Source: Octopus sinensis (Eukaryota). Taken from it: a stretch of 64,000 nt of DNA. Below, in pieces: positions 41,690 to 53,599 of this stretch. The stretch covers positions 174,406,001-174,470,000 of the forward strand of contig NC_042997.1 of the NCBI RefSeq assembly GCF_006345805.1. The letters are read 5' to 3'. Position 1 is the first letter of the stretch, and each line of letters opens with the position of its first letter. A program made the position numbers and the translations under genes. The notes beneath the pieces are model-generated. The model made no database searches. It worked only from the letters and a program-made list of their open reading frames with translations, and was not told the origin of the DNA.

Positions 41690-42458
41690 TTTTTTTTACA
41701 TGTTTCGGTTGTTTAGAAACCTTCATCAAAAATATGTACTTAAATGAAATATGTAGAGAAAGAAATGTTAATAAAATTGTTAATAAAATAAACGTTCATA
41801 GTGTACTTTTTTTTGCAAGCACGTGGTAATTTCCATTAATTTTCGTGGCATTGCTTGTAGCAACTTCAGCTGCTGTCTGTGATGGTAAATTAAGTAGTGT
41901 GGTCAAAACTGTTTGCAAAAGAAGTGGTCGCATCAATCAGATAAACAGCAGCAGCAATAATAGTCGTCGGGAAGTTATCGCCCCTGAGGTCTTCACAGAA
42001 ATGGATTTATTCAATCCCTCATCTTTATTTCTTATGAATAATATTCATATAGTTTCAGTGTTCCGAGCTTAAAGAATTTAGACTCGTTCGACACTTTGTT
42101 ATGAAGTGCATTTCCCTGCTAATGCGCTCATTTTGGCTAGTATTGCCTTTGAATTTGTATAAAGGAATAGTTGTGCACTTCTGTCTATGTGTTCGCTGAC
42201 CGATATTTTCCTGTGATCCGAAATTCTAATTTGGGATTTGTGCACCGCCATCCTCTGACGTAGGGTGTTTTTTGTGTGTCCAATATATTGCTTTTTGCAT
42301 CCCGAGCATGTATTTAAGTAAATCAAATTCTTTGATGCACATGTAAAGTTAGTTTTGTGGTAAGATTTTGGCCTTGTTCTAATCGGTATTCTAATTCTTC
42401 TATTAGCTGAAGTTGCTACTAGCCATGCCACGAAAATTAATGGAAATTATCACGTGCT
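41690..42458 (-). mobile_element. Penelope-like element, 5'-truncated: GIY-YIG domain, 3' pLTR and inverted pLTR piece
   Basis: ORF 42099-42431: FTCASKNLIYLNTCSGCKKQYIGHTKNTLRQRMAVHK, C-terminal FITKCRTSLN. 54-bp inverted repeat 41818-41871 and 42405-42458. Hammerhead-like motif at ~41.7 kb. Confidence 0.85.
41691..41733 (-). ncRNA. Minimal hammerhead-ribozyme-like motif (C3U variant) in the Penelope pLTR
   Basis: Minus strand UUU UUGAUGA A GGUU-UCUAAAC-AACC GAA ACAUGU A AAA, on the same strand as and ~350 bp downstream of the GIY-YIG coding end. Confidence 0.55.
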
Positions 42459-42462
42459 CTTA

Positions 42463-42972
42463 CTTTTCCAGTGGTCTAACGTGTAAAAATTTAGTCCAAA
42501 AGACTCGCCAGGTGCGATCGTCCTCAGCAGGAACACCTAGGGTTAATCATATACACACGGGTTTCAAAAGTTGGCATTTTTTTTATTGCTGGCGTAGGAC
42601 TGCGACTGCGCAGTAGATTTTGAAAAAGATAGGACGTATAAATAAGGGGCAGGTAGTTTGATCGCCCCGTGTGTATACGTTTAACCCTAGGTGTTCCTGC
42701 TGAGAACAATTGCACCTGGCGTGTTCATGTACTCGCTAAACTAAAATCAGAAACCAATTGGTCCAGGAAACTTGATGGTAAAATGATTTCATTTTCCATT
42801 TCGTTCCTGTCGAATTTTATCCCCAATTTTTGTGGTTATAGAACCTAGCTTTTCTTTCTAGCGTGTTGAATTCTTATGACGGGATTACTCGTGTGTTTAA
42901 ATATACACTGTATCGTATGACTAATATATAGTCTTTTGGACTAAATTTTTACACGTTAGACCACTGGAAATG
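42463..42972. mobile_element. MITE with long TIRs, TA duplication and an internal foldback
   Basis: Outer inverted repeat 42460-42505 and 42930-42975 (45/46 identical, including the TA flanks). Inner 56-bp inverted repeat 42506-42561 and 42666-42721. Confidence 0.8.
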
Positions 42973-43006
42973 TAAATTTTAATTAATTTCCATTTCCTTT
43001 GATATG

Positions 43007-43084
<78 letters not shown>

Positions 43085-43087
<3 letters not shown>

Positions 43088-43292
43088 GTTTATGTATATG
43101 TTTGTGTGTCCGTGTTTGTCCGCCACTATCGCTTGACAACCGATGTTGGTGTTTTTAGCGGTTCAGTAAAAAAAAAGATCGATAGAATAAATACTAGGCT
43201 TACAAAGAATGAGTCCAAGAGTCGATTATTTCGACTAAAGGCGGTGTTCCAGCATGGCCGCGGTCAAATGACTGAAAGGAGTGAAAGAATAA
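43085..43292 (+). mobile_element. SINE family C 3' half following (TA)n
   Basis: TCGCTTGACAACCGATG...GGCGGTGTTCCAGCATGGCCGCGGTCAAATGACTGAAA. Confidence 0.85.
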
Positions 43293-43747
43293 AAGATTAT
43301 ATTTATATATATATACGAGTGAGTAGACAAACGAAAGGACACTCGACACATTTATTGGGAGTTACATGTATGGAGGAAAATAGTTTGATTCAAATTCGCT
43401 AGTACTCCGAGTTTCAAGCGTGATACTATCTTCAGCCATTTTGAAAATGGCTGAAGATTAGCATCAAGCTTGAAACTTGGACTACCAAGGAATCTGAATC
43501 AATCTGTTTTGATCCATATAAATATATATATACATACACACACACACACATACATACATACATACATACATACATACATACATACATACATACATACATA
43601 CATACATACATACTTATGTATGTATGTATATAGTGTACTCTTCCGTGATGGTAAGATGAACAAAAAAGTACCCTATCTGATGAGAGATAAATACTATTTA
43701 ATAGACACAATACATGTTTTATATGCTAGAGTTGACCTGATAATCAT

Positions 43748-44022
43748 GAGTTAGTGAGTTCGATTCCCGGATCGGGATGCGTGCTGTGCTCTTGAGGAAG
43801 ACACTTTATTTCACGTTGCTCTATATAAACGAGTTTCGATATCACTGGTGCCAAGCTGTGTCGGCCTTTGTCTTTCCCTTGAATAACATCGGTGGCATGG
43901 AAAGGGGAGGCTGGTATGCATGCGCGAGTGCTTCCATAAAACAAACTTGCCCGCATTTGTGTCTCGGAGGGTAACTTTCTAGGTGCAATCCCATGGTCAT
44001 TCATGACCGAAGGAGGTCTTTT
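43748..44022 (+). mobile_element. SINE with family-B-like head and core but a different 3' tail
   Basis: GAGTTCGATTCCC B box, GCTGTGCTCTTGAGGAAGACACTTTATTTCACGTTGCTC core, tail AGGTGCAATCCCATGGTCATTCATGACCGAAGG. Confidence 0.65.
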
Positions 44023-44141
44023 ACTAGTATCATGGTCTGAGAACATGCCAGACACTGTTTTGAAACCCGATGAAGGGTGAGTTTCAATTGGTGAAGAACG
44101 TGAAAAGACGTAAAAAATTGGTGACGGATACGAGAATGACA

Positions 44142-44209
<68 letters not shown>

Positions 44210-44404
44210 AACTATGACGCCGTCGATGATGATAATTGTGAATGTGATATAGGAATTACAGCGCGACGACATAGCCGTCACAGATAAGATTTGGTCTCAG
44301 TATTGAAAATAATAGGCGGAAAGTAAATACTGACTGCAACCTACCTAATCTAGAACTCCCGTTGCAAATAGCCACCACCACTACTACCACCACCACCGTT
44401 ACTG

Positions 44405-44473
<69 letters not shown>

Positions 44474-44869
44474 TTATTACTGCTACTACAACGACCACGT
44501 CAGTCATCTCCACTCCACAACCCACATTACTACTTCGCTCCACCGTATTGTCAATTGAAATAAATTGAAATTGCAGATGTTTCGCCGAAGCAACTGGATT
44601 AAGCTAACACCTCAGCTGGACAAAGCAGTGAGGCGTTCTCACTGATGATCTCCGAGGACAACAAAAACAGATATTTACCCGGTTCGGTTCACTCTTCACT
44701 CTTCACTCCCCGCTTAGTGTTTGACACCGGTCATAAATCGTCACAGATGCTGGCATACTGTTAACATCAATATATCGGTACTGTTCTGGAGTGTCTATGA
44801 AAATTTAATTTCCGACCTATCGATTATTGAGTGTGTATCTGTATGTGACAATGTGTGTTTTTAGTTTCT

Positions 44870-44921
44870 GAAAGAGCGTATGTGTGCATGTGTATGTATG
44901 TATGTATGTATGTATGTATGC

Positions 44922-44953
<32 letters not shown>

Positions 44954-45295
44954 GCATGCATGTATATGTGCGTAAGTGTTCCTGTGTGCGCACAATCATA
45001 CATATCACGTATACACATACATGCATACAAATATACATACATACATATATATATGTGTATATAAAGAGTGTATGTGTGCATGTGCATGTATGTATGTGTA
45101 TGCATGTATATGTGCGTAAGTATCGCTGGTTGCGCACATTCATACATATTACGTATACACACACATACATAGAATATACATATATATGTGTGTGTGTATG
45201 TATAAAGAGTGTATGTGTGCATGTGCATATATGTTTGTGTATGTATATGTGTAACTATCGCTGCGTGCGCACATTCATAGATATTACGTGAGTGT
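44870..45295. repeat. Minisatellite: ~3 degenerate copies of a 140-190 bp unit
   Basis: AAAGAG(C/T)GTATGTGTGCATGTG recurs at ~44871, 45063 and 45203, each followed by GTAAGT/GTAACT...TGCGCACA(A/T)TCATA. Confidence 0.8.
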
Positions 45296-45495
45296 ATGTG
45301 TGTGTGTGTATTGCAAACACACAAACAAACATACATGTACGTAGGTGTGTACATGCATGCATATAAAACATACACGTTGCACACACATACACAACTACAA
45401 ATGCATGTATAAACAGAGAAACAACCACCTATAGAGATATATTCTACATACTCACATAATTAGATGAACTGAGACCCACATATATCTAGGTATGC

Positions 45496-45537
<42 letters not shown>

Positions 45538-46058
45538 ACACACATACACACACGCAATCACATGCAAAGAAATACATTCACTCGCACACAGAAAATTACA
45601 GACCCATGAATACACATATACACAGACATACATATGGAAGCTTATACAAACCACTCGTAGAGATAAGCACACACAAAATACAAATAAATATATACATCGC
45701 ATAAATACACACCCATAAATAACATTGTTCAGACACACATAATCACTAATGTGTTAGGAAATATAGCACACACATAGACACGAACACGCAAACACACACA
45801 CAGAGATACACACACATCAGTGTATAGTGTTTACTGTTTTAACTCTCCTATCCGTCGGCTATAGCCATGCTGGGGCGCCGCCATTAGCGTTCTTATTTAT
45901 TTCCACTTTCTTTTCGTGCTTCATTTTGCTAAATGGGAGAGTTGGATATCATCGCTCTCTTTTGGGTTTCTTGTTGTGACGTACGTTCATCTGGAATCTC
46001 TGATAAAAAAAGAACAGAAAATAGTAATATTAAGAAACATAATAATAATAATAATAAT

Positions 46059-46612
46059 GCCCTGATGCAGTACCAGGCAGTGGCTCTCATGGCTTCTGAT
46101 CTTAACTGATTGGAAGTGTTATCATGTACATTGTTTTGTCTTGGTATAAAAGATGGGCTACAGCAAATATTCTGCTCAATACCACAGATTTGCTTGTCAG
46201 TTGTTTGACCATAACCAGTTGAGCATGCCCCTTAGTGGCTGACGATATGTGCATCTCTGATCACGAGCAGAAGTAGTGGAGGAGCATCATAGCCATGTGT
46301 TGAGAGGGATTCTTTGAGGTTTGAATAATTCACCTCTGGAAACATGGGTGGTTCTTTCAACATCCTTAAACAACCCTTATTCAGGGACCTTTTGAGCGGG
46401 ATGGGCTACTCAACCTGAAGAAAATTCTAACTAGGCCCCACCTGCAAGGTCATGTGCTGTTTATCTTGATATGAGATCACCATGTCGCACACATATGGTT
46501 GTGATGCATGTGCCTGGTGTACCCTTATCAGACGGGTAGTCATGATGGGTATATTGGGCTTCGTATATTTTACCCCAGTGTCACTTTGATGGCATGCACT
46601 GCTCTCTCACTC
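46059..46612. mobile_element. Unclassified ~555-bp non-coding interspersed element inside (AAT)n, copy 1
   Basis: GCCCTGATGCAGTACCAGG...GCTCTCTCACTC with (AAT)n directly on both sides. Second copy at 49966-50476. Confidence 0.85.
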
Positions 46613-46689
<77 letters not shown>

Positions 46690-46811
46690 TAATAATAATA
46701 ATAATAATAAAGCTTGCTTATTTTTTAAATACATTCACATCTACGCCTTGGATTTTTAGGCAATGTATTGAAAGGTTTTTGTTGTGTCAATCTGAAACTG
46801 TTACTAAATAA

Positions 46812-46990
46812 TCCTTTTCCTACTGTAGGCATAAGGCCTGAAATTTGAGGGAAACCGCAAATCGATTACATCGACCCCAGTGTTCAAATGATTTTTATTT
46901 TATCGTATTGACGCACCGGAAGAATGAAAGACAAAATAGACCTTGGCAGGATTTGAACTCAGAACGTAACGACTCCACCAGCTCGTCGCC
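46812..46990 (-). mobile_element. SINE family A (tail type 2)
   Basis: Head and core on the minus strand. 13-bp TSD TGTTACTAAATAA at 46799-46811 and 46998-47010. Confidence 0.85.
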
Positions 46991-47119
46991 ATATAAATGT
47001 TACTAAATAACATTAATAAATATAATAAGTAAGAATTCAGGAAGTAAACAATAAGAGGTCAAACTAAATCCTCTGTTTAATTGCTGTATCGCGTTAGATT
47101 CATTTATGTTCCCACTTTA

Positions 47120-47474
47120 GATCCCACGTGTCTCATATTGATGGAACAGACAGAGACAAGACGTCTAGAGCAAGGACGATGTACTGCAATAGATTGGGTT
47201 TCAAGGGCCCACGGCTGTTTAACTGTCTCCCGAAGTATCTGAGGATCTTCCATGGAGTTGATGTAGTCGTTTTCAAACGTGAACTTGACCTCTGGCTCGT
47301 CGAGATCCCGGATGACCCAATATCTAGGCAAGAAACTCAAAAGAAGGATGCAGCATCGAACTCCATCCTTCACCAAAAGCCGCTCCGACAAAGGTGGAAA
47401 GATAATTACCATGGCGGTGCTCCAGCATGGCCACAGTCATTGGACTGAAACATATAAAAGAATAAAAGAATAAA
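47120..47474 (+). mobile_element. 3' end of an APE-type LINE (CR1/Nimb/Jockey-group-like)
   Basis: ORF 47128-47448: GFKGPRLFNCLPKYLR...FKRELDLWL.EIPDDP...ASNSILHQ, a typical C-terminus. Ends in a (TAAAAGAA)n-like tail. Confidence 0.8.
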
Positions 47475-47542
47475 TACAGTTTACATAATTTTTGCAATGA
47501 TCGTAACATTTTTAATCATATATATGTTTGTGTGTATGTGTA

Positions 47543-47601
<59 letters not shown>

Positions 47602-48063
47602 AATAATCCAAATAAACAGAAAATTCGTCGGCTTTGATAAACAGAATATATACATACATGTATACGTGTGAGCAAAGAAAAAGTAGAGACTGAAAGATTT
47701 TCCGTTGATTAACATTAAAGTACACATATGTATATGTAATAGAGCCAACTTACTCATATTCTAGGCTCAAAGAATTAGAGGAGAGAAGATATACACTATG
47801 CCCTCATTCTTTGCTATTTCTTTATTCACATATATAAATGTATAAATATTCTGTGTATCAAATCCAAGGAATTTTTGTCTGTTTATTTGCATAAGTGTCT
47901 CCATATCAGCTCACTTGAATTTCACTTATAGACACGCTTTACCCCGCTGACTTGGTCCTCGGTGATAATTTCGGAGTGTACGTTCAAATCTTTTGAGCGC
48001 TACAAAGTGTTCTGTATATAGAGATTCCCACGGCTTCATCTGTTAAGTAGATATATATATATA

Positions 48064-48195
48064 GACGCTGGTAAGAAGCTTGCTTCACAATCACATGGTT
48101 CCGGTACCTTGGGCAAGTGTTTTCTCGGGCCGACCAAAGCCTTGTCAGTGGATTTGGTAGATGGAAACTGAAAGAAGCCTGTAGTATATAAATAA

Positions 48196-48284
<89 letters not shown>

Positions 48285-48515
48285 GTGTGTGTGTGTGAAT
48301 ATATTGGTGCGTTTGTGTTTGTGTCTGCCTGTGTTTAGCCTTCCACCATCGCTTACCAATCGATGTTGTATGTTTACGTCCCCGTAACCTAGTGGTTCGG
48401 CAAAAGACACCGATAAAATAAGTACAAGGCTTAAAAATAATAAGCCCAGGGTCGATTTCTTCGACTCCAGCATGGCCACTGTCAAAATGACTGAATGAAG
48501 TAAAAGAGTGAAAGA

Positions 48516-48517
<2 letters not shown>
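48064..48517 (+). mobile_element. SINE family C with an expanded internal microsatellite
   Basis: Head GGTAAGAAGCTTGCT, CCTTGGGCAAGTG core, (TA)n/(TG)n block 48184-48310 and standard tail. Confidence 0.85.
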
Positions 48518-48575
<58 letters not shown>

Positions 48576-49169
48576 ACACACACACACATACATACATACA
48601 TACATACATACATACATACATACATACATACATACATACATGCATACATACATGCATACATATGCGTTTGTCTGGGGTGTGCATGTCTTTTGATTACAAA
48701 ATTATACGCACATTCGCACACACACACCTACATGAACATATAATTCATACATGGCCGTATGCATTGCCTGATGCACTGATAAAAACGCTTACCCGAACTT
48801 CCTTAATCAGATATCCTCTGAATGGTGTCGCATTAAGGAAAAGCAAGACCTAAGCTTCACAAATATTTTCAGCGTTTCCTTACCTTCATTAACATTAGTT
48901 TTTATCGTCATCACCATTGCTTTCACTGCCAACAACACTACCGCCACCACCACCACCACCACCACCACCATCGTCATCATCGAGCTCGTAATCATCATCA
49001 TCATTATTGTCAACATTACCACCGCTACATAACCATCACCACCACCACCACCATCACAAATACCATCATCACCATCATTTTTATGAACATAAAAACTGTC
49101 ACCATCGTAATCACCATCATCATCATCATCAACAACAACATTTTTTATTATCTTTTATTTTATTTTTTT

Positions 49170-49512
49170 TTTTACTTTTTACTTGTTTCAGTCACAAGAT
49201 TGCTACCGTGCTTGGACACTGCCTTGAAGAAATTTAGTCCAACGAATCGACCCCAGCACTAAAATAAGATCAAAGGTCCTTTCCGTGGCATGGGCTCATT
49301 AAGGCCGGTTTCCTATATTCTGTAGTGTGTATATCTCCTCCCTAGACGGGACGCCAGTCCATCGCAGCATTACTCAATTTTGCCAGTTGAATGACCTGGA
49401 GTAAAATAAACTAATGTATTTCGTTTAAGAACACAGCGCAGTGTCTTGTAGAGGAATCGAAACAGTTTTGTGATTATAAGTTCAGCAACCTAACCACTAA
49501 GTCACGCGCTCC
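49170..49512 (-). mobile_element. SINE family C tail fragment (49170-49260) adjacent to a SINE B-variant (49270-49512)
   Basis: CTTTTTACTTGTTTCAGTCA tail. Minus-strand GGAGCGCGTGACTTAGTGGTTAGG head and GATGGACTGGCGTCCCGTC body. Confidence 0.7.
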
Positions 49513-49819
49513 ACCTCCACAGCACATAACGTAGGCATAAACCATCCAGTAAAACATATATAATCGACACACAAGATCCACTAACATCAAAACAAACCAC
49601 ACCTCAAGGACACATACGTAGTATACTAGTGTTAATCTATGACCTGAAAAGCCAATATTGCACACATCACAAGTATACTAGATATTGCGGGGGAAACTTC
49701 TCAAAACATTATGATGTTTAACAATAACTCCACCACCGCCACCAATAACAACAACAACAACAACAAGAAAAATAACAACAAAACAACAACAGCAACAATA
49801 AAAATAATAAAAATAATAA

Positions 49820-49944
49820 TGGTTTCAAATTTTGCCACAAAGGCAGCAGTTTGAGAGTGGGGGAGATGAGTCGATTACATCGACCCAAGTGGTACTTATT
49901 TTATCGAACCCGAAAGGATGAAAGGCAAAGTCGACCTCGGCGGA
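49820..49944 (-). mobile_element. SINE family A 3' part (tail type 2)
   Basis: Core GCCTTTCATCCTTTCGGG on the minus strand and tail CCTTTGTGGCAAAATTTGAAACC followed by ATT repeats. Confidence 0.75.
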
Positions 49945-49965
49945 ATAATAATAGTAATAATAAAT

Positions 49966-50476
49966 GCCCTGGTGCAGTACCAGGAATTGGCTCTCATGGC
50001 TTCTGATCTAATCTGATTGGAAATGTTATCATGTAGATTATTTTGTTTTGGTATAAAATATGGGCTGCAGTAAATATTCTGCTCAACACCACAGATTAGC
50101 TGTCAGGTATTTAACCTTATCCGGTTGAGCATGTCCCTTGGTGGCTGACGGTATGTGCATCTCTGATCATGAGCAGAAGTAGTGGAGCAGCATAGCCACA
50201 TGTTGAAAGAAATTTTGTGGAGTTTGAATAATTCAATATCCTTAAACAACCGCTCAGGGACATTTTGAGAGGGATGGGCTACTCGACCTAAAGAAAATTC
50301 TAACTGGGCCTCACCTGAAAAATTATGCGCTGTTTATCTTGATAGGTCACCATGTCGCGCACATATGGTTGTGATGCATGTGTAACCTTATCGGACGGGT
50401 AGTCATGATGGGTATACGGGGCTTCGTATATTTCACCCCAGTGTGACTTTGATGGCATACAATTGCTCTCTCACTC
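49966..50476. mobile_element. Unclassified (AAT)n-embedded element, copy 2 (with internal deletions)
   Basis: Same termini as copy 1, with AAT-type repeats on both sides (49944-49965 and 50477-50554). Confidence 0.85.
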
Positions 50477-50554
50477 AATAATAATAATAATAATAATGAT
50501 AATAATAATAATAATATTAATAATAATAATAATAATAACAATAATAATAATAAT

Positions 50555-51565
50555 ATGGTTGCGAACACAGCATTAGAGCAGAAGAAAACACATAGAACGG
50601 TATGTAAAAAATGCCACAGAACCGCTATTATTAGAAGTAAGATGGTTAGGCTTGTGTAGGATGAAAAATTGCAAAGATAAAGCACTCTAAAAGAAATTGA
50701 AAACGAATGAAACTGAAAATAGGTGGATAAAGAAAAGTATGCATGGTCAATTTCATAGGGATGTTAAAGATAAGACAGACAGAGAAAAAATATAGCTGTG
50801 GTTGACTAAAAGTGATTCAAAACCGGAAATGGGGGCTCTAATCTATGCTGCCCAAGAGCAAGCACTAAGAACAAATTACATAATATACAGAATAGACAAC
50901 ATATCAGAGTGTGATACTTGCAGAATTTGTGGACAAAATGGTGAAACCGTATGGCATATTACCAGTCAATGTACGCCACTGGCCCAGGAGGAATATAAGA
51001 GACGCCACGACAATATAGCAAGGCTTGTCCATTGGACACTTTGCAACAAGTATGGACTTGACACAGCAAAAAATTGGTACGACCATAAACCCGAAGGCAT
51101 CAACGAAAATGATAATGCAAAGATCCTATGGGATTTTATGGTTCAGTGCGACCATGAGATTGAGAATAGGAAGCCAAACATAGTTTTAATTGAGAAAGAA
51201 AGCAAACTATGCTGGATCATAGATATAGCATGCCCAGCTGACAAGGAATGCGATTAGGAAGAAAGAAAAGTCGATAGATATGACATGTTAGCTTGGACGG
51301 TTAAACAATTGTGGTCGATATAAAAGGTGGTTGTAGTAACAATAATTGTCGAAACCCTGGGAACAGTGAGCAAAAATCTTGAGAAGTACATGGAACAAAT
51401 ACGGGCTGCAGTAAAGGTGGAGCACTTGCAGAAAACAGCACTGCTTGGAACCGCTTGAATACTTCGGAAGGTGCTCGAAAAATAAGGGATGTTTCCTTAG
51501 TTTACTGGTAGTGAACAGCTGACACCGTAGTACATCTGCAGCGTATGAGGCTGTAGGAAGGCAAC
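50555..51565 (+). mobile_element. R4/Dong-like RLE LINE, 5'-truncated
   Basis: KSMHGQF, AAQEQALRTNY, CRICGQNGETVWHITSQC, YKRRHDNIA, RKPNIV...IIDIACPAD and LQKTALLGTA. Preceded by (AAT)n and followed by AATAATACTAAT. Confidence 0.93.
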
Positions 51566-51834
51566 AATAATACTAATTCGTCATTATATGTTCAATACCC
51601 TATAGGGACCAGCAGTTCTTATGTTGATATCATTATCACCCATTACTGGCTGTGTACATCTGGACTTAATTCAAAACCAGAAGTCTTCATTATGGCAGAG
51701 CAGGATCTGTATCTGCTCACTAGAAGTTACCAAGGTAACATTCTTAAAAAATCGTGCTAATCCTTCCTGTCGCTTTCGTCTCATAAGCAGAGAAACAATT
51801 GACCTTTAGTTGTTGTATTTTAGCCTTAAGTGAG

Positions 51835-52200
51835 TAAACTGATCACAATAAGAGACCTGGTCAGTATTTGTACTACCTCATTATGGACTGCCATGTGAGA
51901 AAAACCAGTGGTTACATAAGACCGCAATGTAGTAAAAATTAAAATTCATCTCTCTTTGGGATTTTATTATTCAGACTAATCGAACTATTCAGACCAAATA
52001 CACCACATATAGTGACGTAAAATCACATTGACAAAACATGGTTGTGCACACATTTGTCAAATCGAGCAGACTGAAAGAGCTCTTCGAAAATGTTTGAAAA
52101 GTTCAGTAAATACAAGGACCTTGAAATAGAGGTTTCAAAAATGACATCTAAGAACTACAAATGTAGCTTTGATTGTTGGAGCTTTGAGGATAAATGTCAA
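51835..52200 (+). mobile_element. Older RLE LINE fragment (endonuclease domain)
   Basis: HYGLPCEKNQWLHK, LWDFIIQTNRTIQ, FEKFSKYKDLEIEVSKM and LIVGAL across frameshifts. Confidence 0.7.
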
Positions 52201-52210
52201 ATGGAGCTCT

Positions 52211-52329
<119 letters not shown>

Positions 52330-52786
52330 GTAGATAGATAGATAGAAAGATAGTTCTGGTTAGAGATGGAAAGCTATGATAACGGATAGAATACTGATAT
52401 CGAAAGAATCAACTGTTTAGTTTCACTAACGCATCATTGTAAGTTACGAGTTTGTCTAAATGTGTGAATACGCTTCTACATGTGTGTAGTAGACTGACAG
52501 ATCTATATCTCATCATTGTAATAAATTCTGGTGTTGCAATCTCCTGATATAATCTGGTAGTTATTTGTTTTCAAATGTAATAGTATAGCATCCGAAACAA
52601 AGATTAAGGCAGGATGAAGTCATATTATGTGTAGAAATAGCATAGATTATACATATGACTATTTTTTAGGCACTAATTACGCTGAGTTCAGTACCGTAGC
52701 AAACGTTGCACTAACGACTACTATATGTCACTCATACATATATGCATACATACATATACAGAGGTTTATTATATGTGTGGGTGCGT

Positions 52787-52895
<109 letters not shown>

Positions 52896-53599
52896 TGTGT
52901 GTATGAGTATATGTGTGTGTATGTGTGTGTGTATGTGTGTTTAAGTATCTTTTGAAAGCAAATGAATGCAAGTTATTCTGTTGTGTCTGGGGAGAGTCCT
53001 TTTCTTTATATAATTTCCACTTATTTCTTATTTTTATTATCCTAAAATATTCGTTGCGTCTTGCAACCTTTTCAATAGTCTTGACTCTGTCCGTTATTTA
53101 CACTACAGTGTTCCTAGATGTCTCCCCTATGTATGTCGTGTTCATGTCTTTACAAGCACCTTCTATGCATCTCATGCATAGTTCTACAGTTAACGCCAGG
53201 GCTAATCCTACATAAATAAGAATAAGAAATAAATGGAAATTTTACCGGTGAGTGTGTTAAATTATAAGGCACAAAAAGAAAACGACTCTCCCCAGATACA
53301 ACAGAATATGCTTCAACACACGAACTCATATAAAGAATCTTGCAAACCAAATCCCAAAACGAAATATAATGCAAGTTAAGAAAGTTTAATAGTATAGTTT
53401 GATAGGAAGCGTTGATGCTTCATAGGGCTAAATAGCAGTGGTGTGATTCCCTTCATGGGACTGTCATATTAAGTGGACAGTATACAACTACTCAGTTTGA
53501 TAGTACTTTTACCGAAATTCTCAATATTTCAAGCTTAGAACTCTTCTACAGTAAATTTATCGAGAGAAGGTGTTGATGGTTGATTTCTCTGCACTGTAG

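Noticed and set aside
46059-46400. HDV-like ribozyme at the start of the AAT-embedded element (GCCCTGA could pair with TCAGGG)
   Set aside because: No P3/L3 or J4/2 elements are in the required order next to the putative P1 3' strand.
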